Below are positions 61,801 through 64,000 of a stretch of 64,000 bases of DNA, in pieces. Source of the DNA: Antedon mediterranea (taxonomy: Eukaryota; Animalia; Echinodermata); the NCBI RefSeq assembly GCF_964355755.1, contig NC_092673.1, positions 4,154,001-4,218,000 on the forward strand, in the 5' to 3' direction. Below the pieces are notes generated by a model that was given only the letters and a program-made list of their open reading frames with translations, did no database searches and was not told where the DNA came from. Both the position numbers and the translations under genes were made by a program. Numbering within the stretch: position 1 is the first letter of the stretch; each line of letters begins with the position of its first letter.

Positions 61801-64000
61801 CGTTTAACGCGCAGTGCGCGTGCAAAAATCAGCGCACTCATGGCAATTTTTTAAACGCCTAAAATTGCCTGAAACGTACTCTAATTTCATCGAAAATAAA
61901 TTTTAACAATTTTGAACATTTTAAGCGCGCGTACCCAAGCGTTATATGCGCTACGCACGTAATTGTATTGCCATATGATGAAATATGACCTGAAATTTAT
62001 GAGTACCAAATTTTGTTTAATTGTGATTCATGCTTGTGAAGATATGAATACAAACGTGATTTCGTTAAATCGCGCGTAGATTGATTGATTGATTGCGCAC
62101 CGTGAAAACATAACCACATCGATTCCTGGTCATAAGGAATATACTCTGAAAAATTGACTTAGCTAGATGAAACTGATGCCAAGATTCACGGACAAAATAG
62201 TGCTAAGGAAAGAATAAATAAATAAATAAATAAATAAATAAAGATCCTGACAGAATCAAGAGGTTATATGCATTAATGCATATAACCTAATTACAAATTT
62301 TAACAGAAAAATATGAAATCATATTACAGCCAAAAACTTAATACTGAAATAAGGATCTACTGATAAAAATGGCAGTAGAGACAAAAATTGACGGATGTTG
62401 TTTATAACTAGCTAGTCTGTTAGGCCTACATTTCTTTATAAATAGTAGCCTAACTATTACAACAACTAAAGCCAAAGTCTAGTCATGTCCTGGGACCACA
62501 CTCTATTAGTCACCACGGATTGACTTTTTTCATCTTCGACTTTTGGGACCAGGAATGCTAGTAGACCAAACCCAGTACCGTTTTGATTCCGATAATTCAG
62601 GAAATTTCCTCATGACATAATGATTCCTCAAGTTATTATTGTGTCCATTTACATTGCATGCTAGTATACTTTAAGAGGTGCCACTAGCTGGCGTTTTGAT
62701 TTTTATTTGTAAAAATGATACCCCATGTCCACCAATTTATTTTACAAATATTTAGCCAAATCATCACGATCTACAACCTAGACCAATTTCTAAATGTGCA
62801 AACATTATTGCATTGTTAGTAATATACTACCATAGCTTTCTGAACATGCAAATTGTGAATAATCACCCACATATTAGTATACATTGTATCAGAAAGCACT
62901 ATTCAAAATAGAGGTAATTTCCAGAGTACATAATAATGTTAGTGTCCAAGAAATATATAAAAATACCTAGAGTTAATATTTTAAAAAGATGAGTATATTG
63001 TTTGTAATTACAAAGTGAACAGAAGTTTTAATAGCTAAGATAAATTTCTCAATTGCCATCCTTCTGAATTGGGAGAAATATGTTAAGCTCTGTCTACACT
63101 ATCAAACTAGTTTGACAAAAACAGTGTGATGTGCCCAAATATGGTAGTGATATGCTTGATTATGGTAGTGATATGACATCATCATGTCCATATATGGGCA
63201 TATTACATTTTTTTGTCACATAAAGTTTGATAGTGTAGGCAGAGCTTAAGTAATGAATTGCAAGCAAATGATTAGAAAGTTAGAATTACTAAAATACTCA
63301 CTCATTCTAGCATACTAATGCATAGAGATATAGATAGTAGTGCAAAATATTAAAATAATTCATCTGTTTAGAAATCTGGGGCAATGGGGAATCTTTAATG
63401 TAGGTAGGTGGTGTAACAGTGAAATGGGTGATATATTAAGCTAGTTAGCATATCCCTTCTACCTAGCAAAATGCAATAATTCTGTGTTGGGAGAAGAAAT
63501 GATAGCATATAACCGGATGGTTTTGTAATTACAATGATATTGTATTCTACAGTGATAACCATCTCTAAGCACAATAAACTAGTTATCCCTCGCAAAGGTC
63601 CTTCATGTATAGCCGACATCATACATATTTCTGATTTAAAAACAGATAATTTATTTTGAAAAAATACCAGTACTTGATAAACACCTTGACATTAGATGGG
63701 TCAAATCTTACAATGTACGGGACTTCAAAAGCAATTTGAGCCGACCCGCCTCCCATGTCTAGGATTCCCACGGTACGCTTTCGTTGCATGTGGTCGGTGT
63801 CACCATTAATTGCTGGCATCTCAACATCAACAATAGCGTCATCTATAAAGAATCCAGAAAGTTAATTTTTATTTATTATAAATAAATAAATTTTGGTTGT
63901 ACTGTACAATCATTTAAGACTTATTTAAGATTCACAGATAAAATTTTATGAAAAATAAAAAAATGTAGAATTCCAGTTAATTGTAAACTTACCGTCATCA
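55821..64000 (-). CDS. ENTPD4: Ectonucleoside triphosphate diphosphohydrolase 4/7 (GDA1/CD39 apyrase), 3' part; the gene continues beyond the window
   Basis: Minus-strand exons >64000-63993, 63842-63712 (GILDMGGGSAQIAFEVP, ACR4), 60668-60499 (LLAEFSLGCD...VYVTTFLGFG), 59087-58757 (DPCLP...FYGFSEYWYCMEDVLRIGG), 58466-58384, 57476-57315 (QCFKSAW...VQWTLGA, ACR5), 56079-55821 (C-terminal TM helix, stop). Phases are continuous. Confidence 0.92.
57975..58342. mobile_element. Degenerate MITE-like element with GGGAGGCGTTTAT subrepeats
   Basis: Repeated GG(A/G)GGCGTTTAT units ending in AAATATGGTA. Confidence 0.5.
59156..60416. mobile_element. Long inverted-repeat (foldback) element in an ENTPD4 intron, unclassified
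   Basis: 59156-59623 is the reverse complement, with indels, of 59953-60416; the spacer is about 330 bp. No clear target duplication. Confidence 0.85.
60811..62291. mobile_element. Helentron/HINE-like non-autonomous rolling-circle element
   Basis: One end has AAACTAG, hairpin AATTCGTCACTATGACGAATT and AGGTTATATGCAT (60846). The other has (TAAA)n and a perfect 28-bp palindrome AGGTTATATGCATTAATGCATATAACCT (62261-62288) containing the same 13-mer. Confidence 0.7.
63086..63246. mobile_element. MITE family A copy
   Basis: Complete TIRs AGCTCTGTCTACACTATCAAACT ... AGTTTGATAGTGTAGGCAGAGCT. Confidence 0.9.

Noticed and set aside
63302-63314. Possible 13-nt ENTPD4 microexon on the minus strand
   Set aside because: It would break the frame between two phase-0 exons that already join correctly.

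Overview
AT-rich, intron-containing animal genomic DNA; it is not prokaryotic. A Deu/Nin-domain SINE and the gene set suggest an invertebrate, possibly a deuterostome, but the species cannot be determined from the sequence. I reconstructed five spliced genes by hand from GT-AG boundaries and phase continuity: (1) a PX + 4xSH3 Tks4/SH3PXD2-like adaptor (+, 7537-26618); (2) LRP2BP, a Sel1-repeat protein (+, 31908-37032); (3,4) two tandem, unrecognised small secreted-protein genes (+, 41544-43317 and 50607-53001); (5) the 3' part of ENTPD4/7 (-, 55821->64000). The main candidate discovery is genes 3 and 4. Each has a signal peptide, five coding exons joined only by phase-0 introns, an identical 123-nt exon 3, amphipathic helical segments and an even number of mature cysteines; nearby upstream motifs resemble NF-kB, IRF and STAT sites. 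This is the gene architecture of helical cytokines (IL-10/interferon-type, or class I four-helix), so they may be an undescribed invertebrate cytokine cluster. The rest is rich in MITEs, Kolobok-, MULE- and Helentron-like elements, SINEs, LINE tails, minisatellites, a hairpin-built higher-order satellite and a Penelope-type hammerhead-like motif. All family assignments come from motif recall; no database searches were run.
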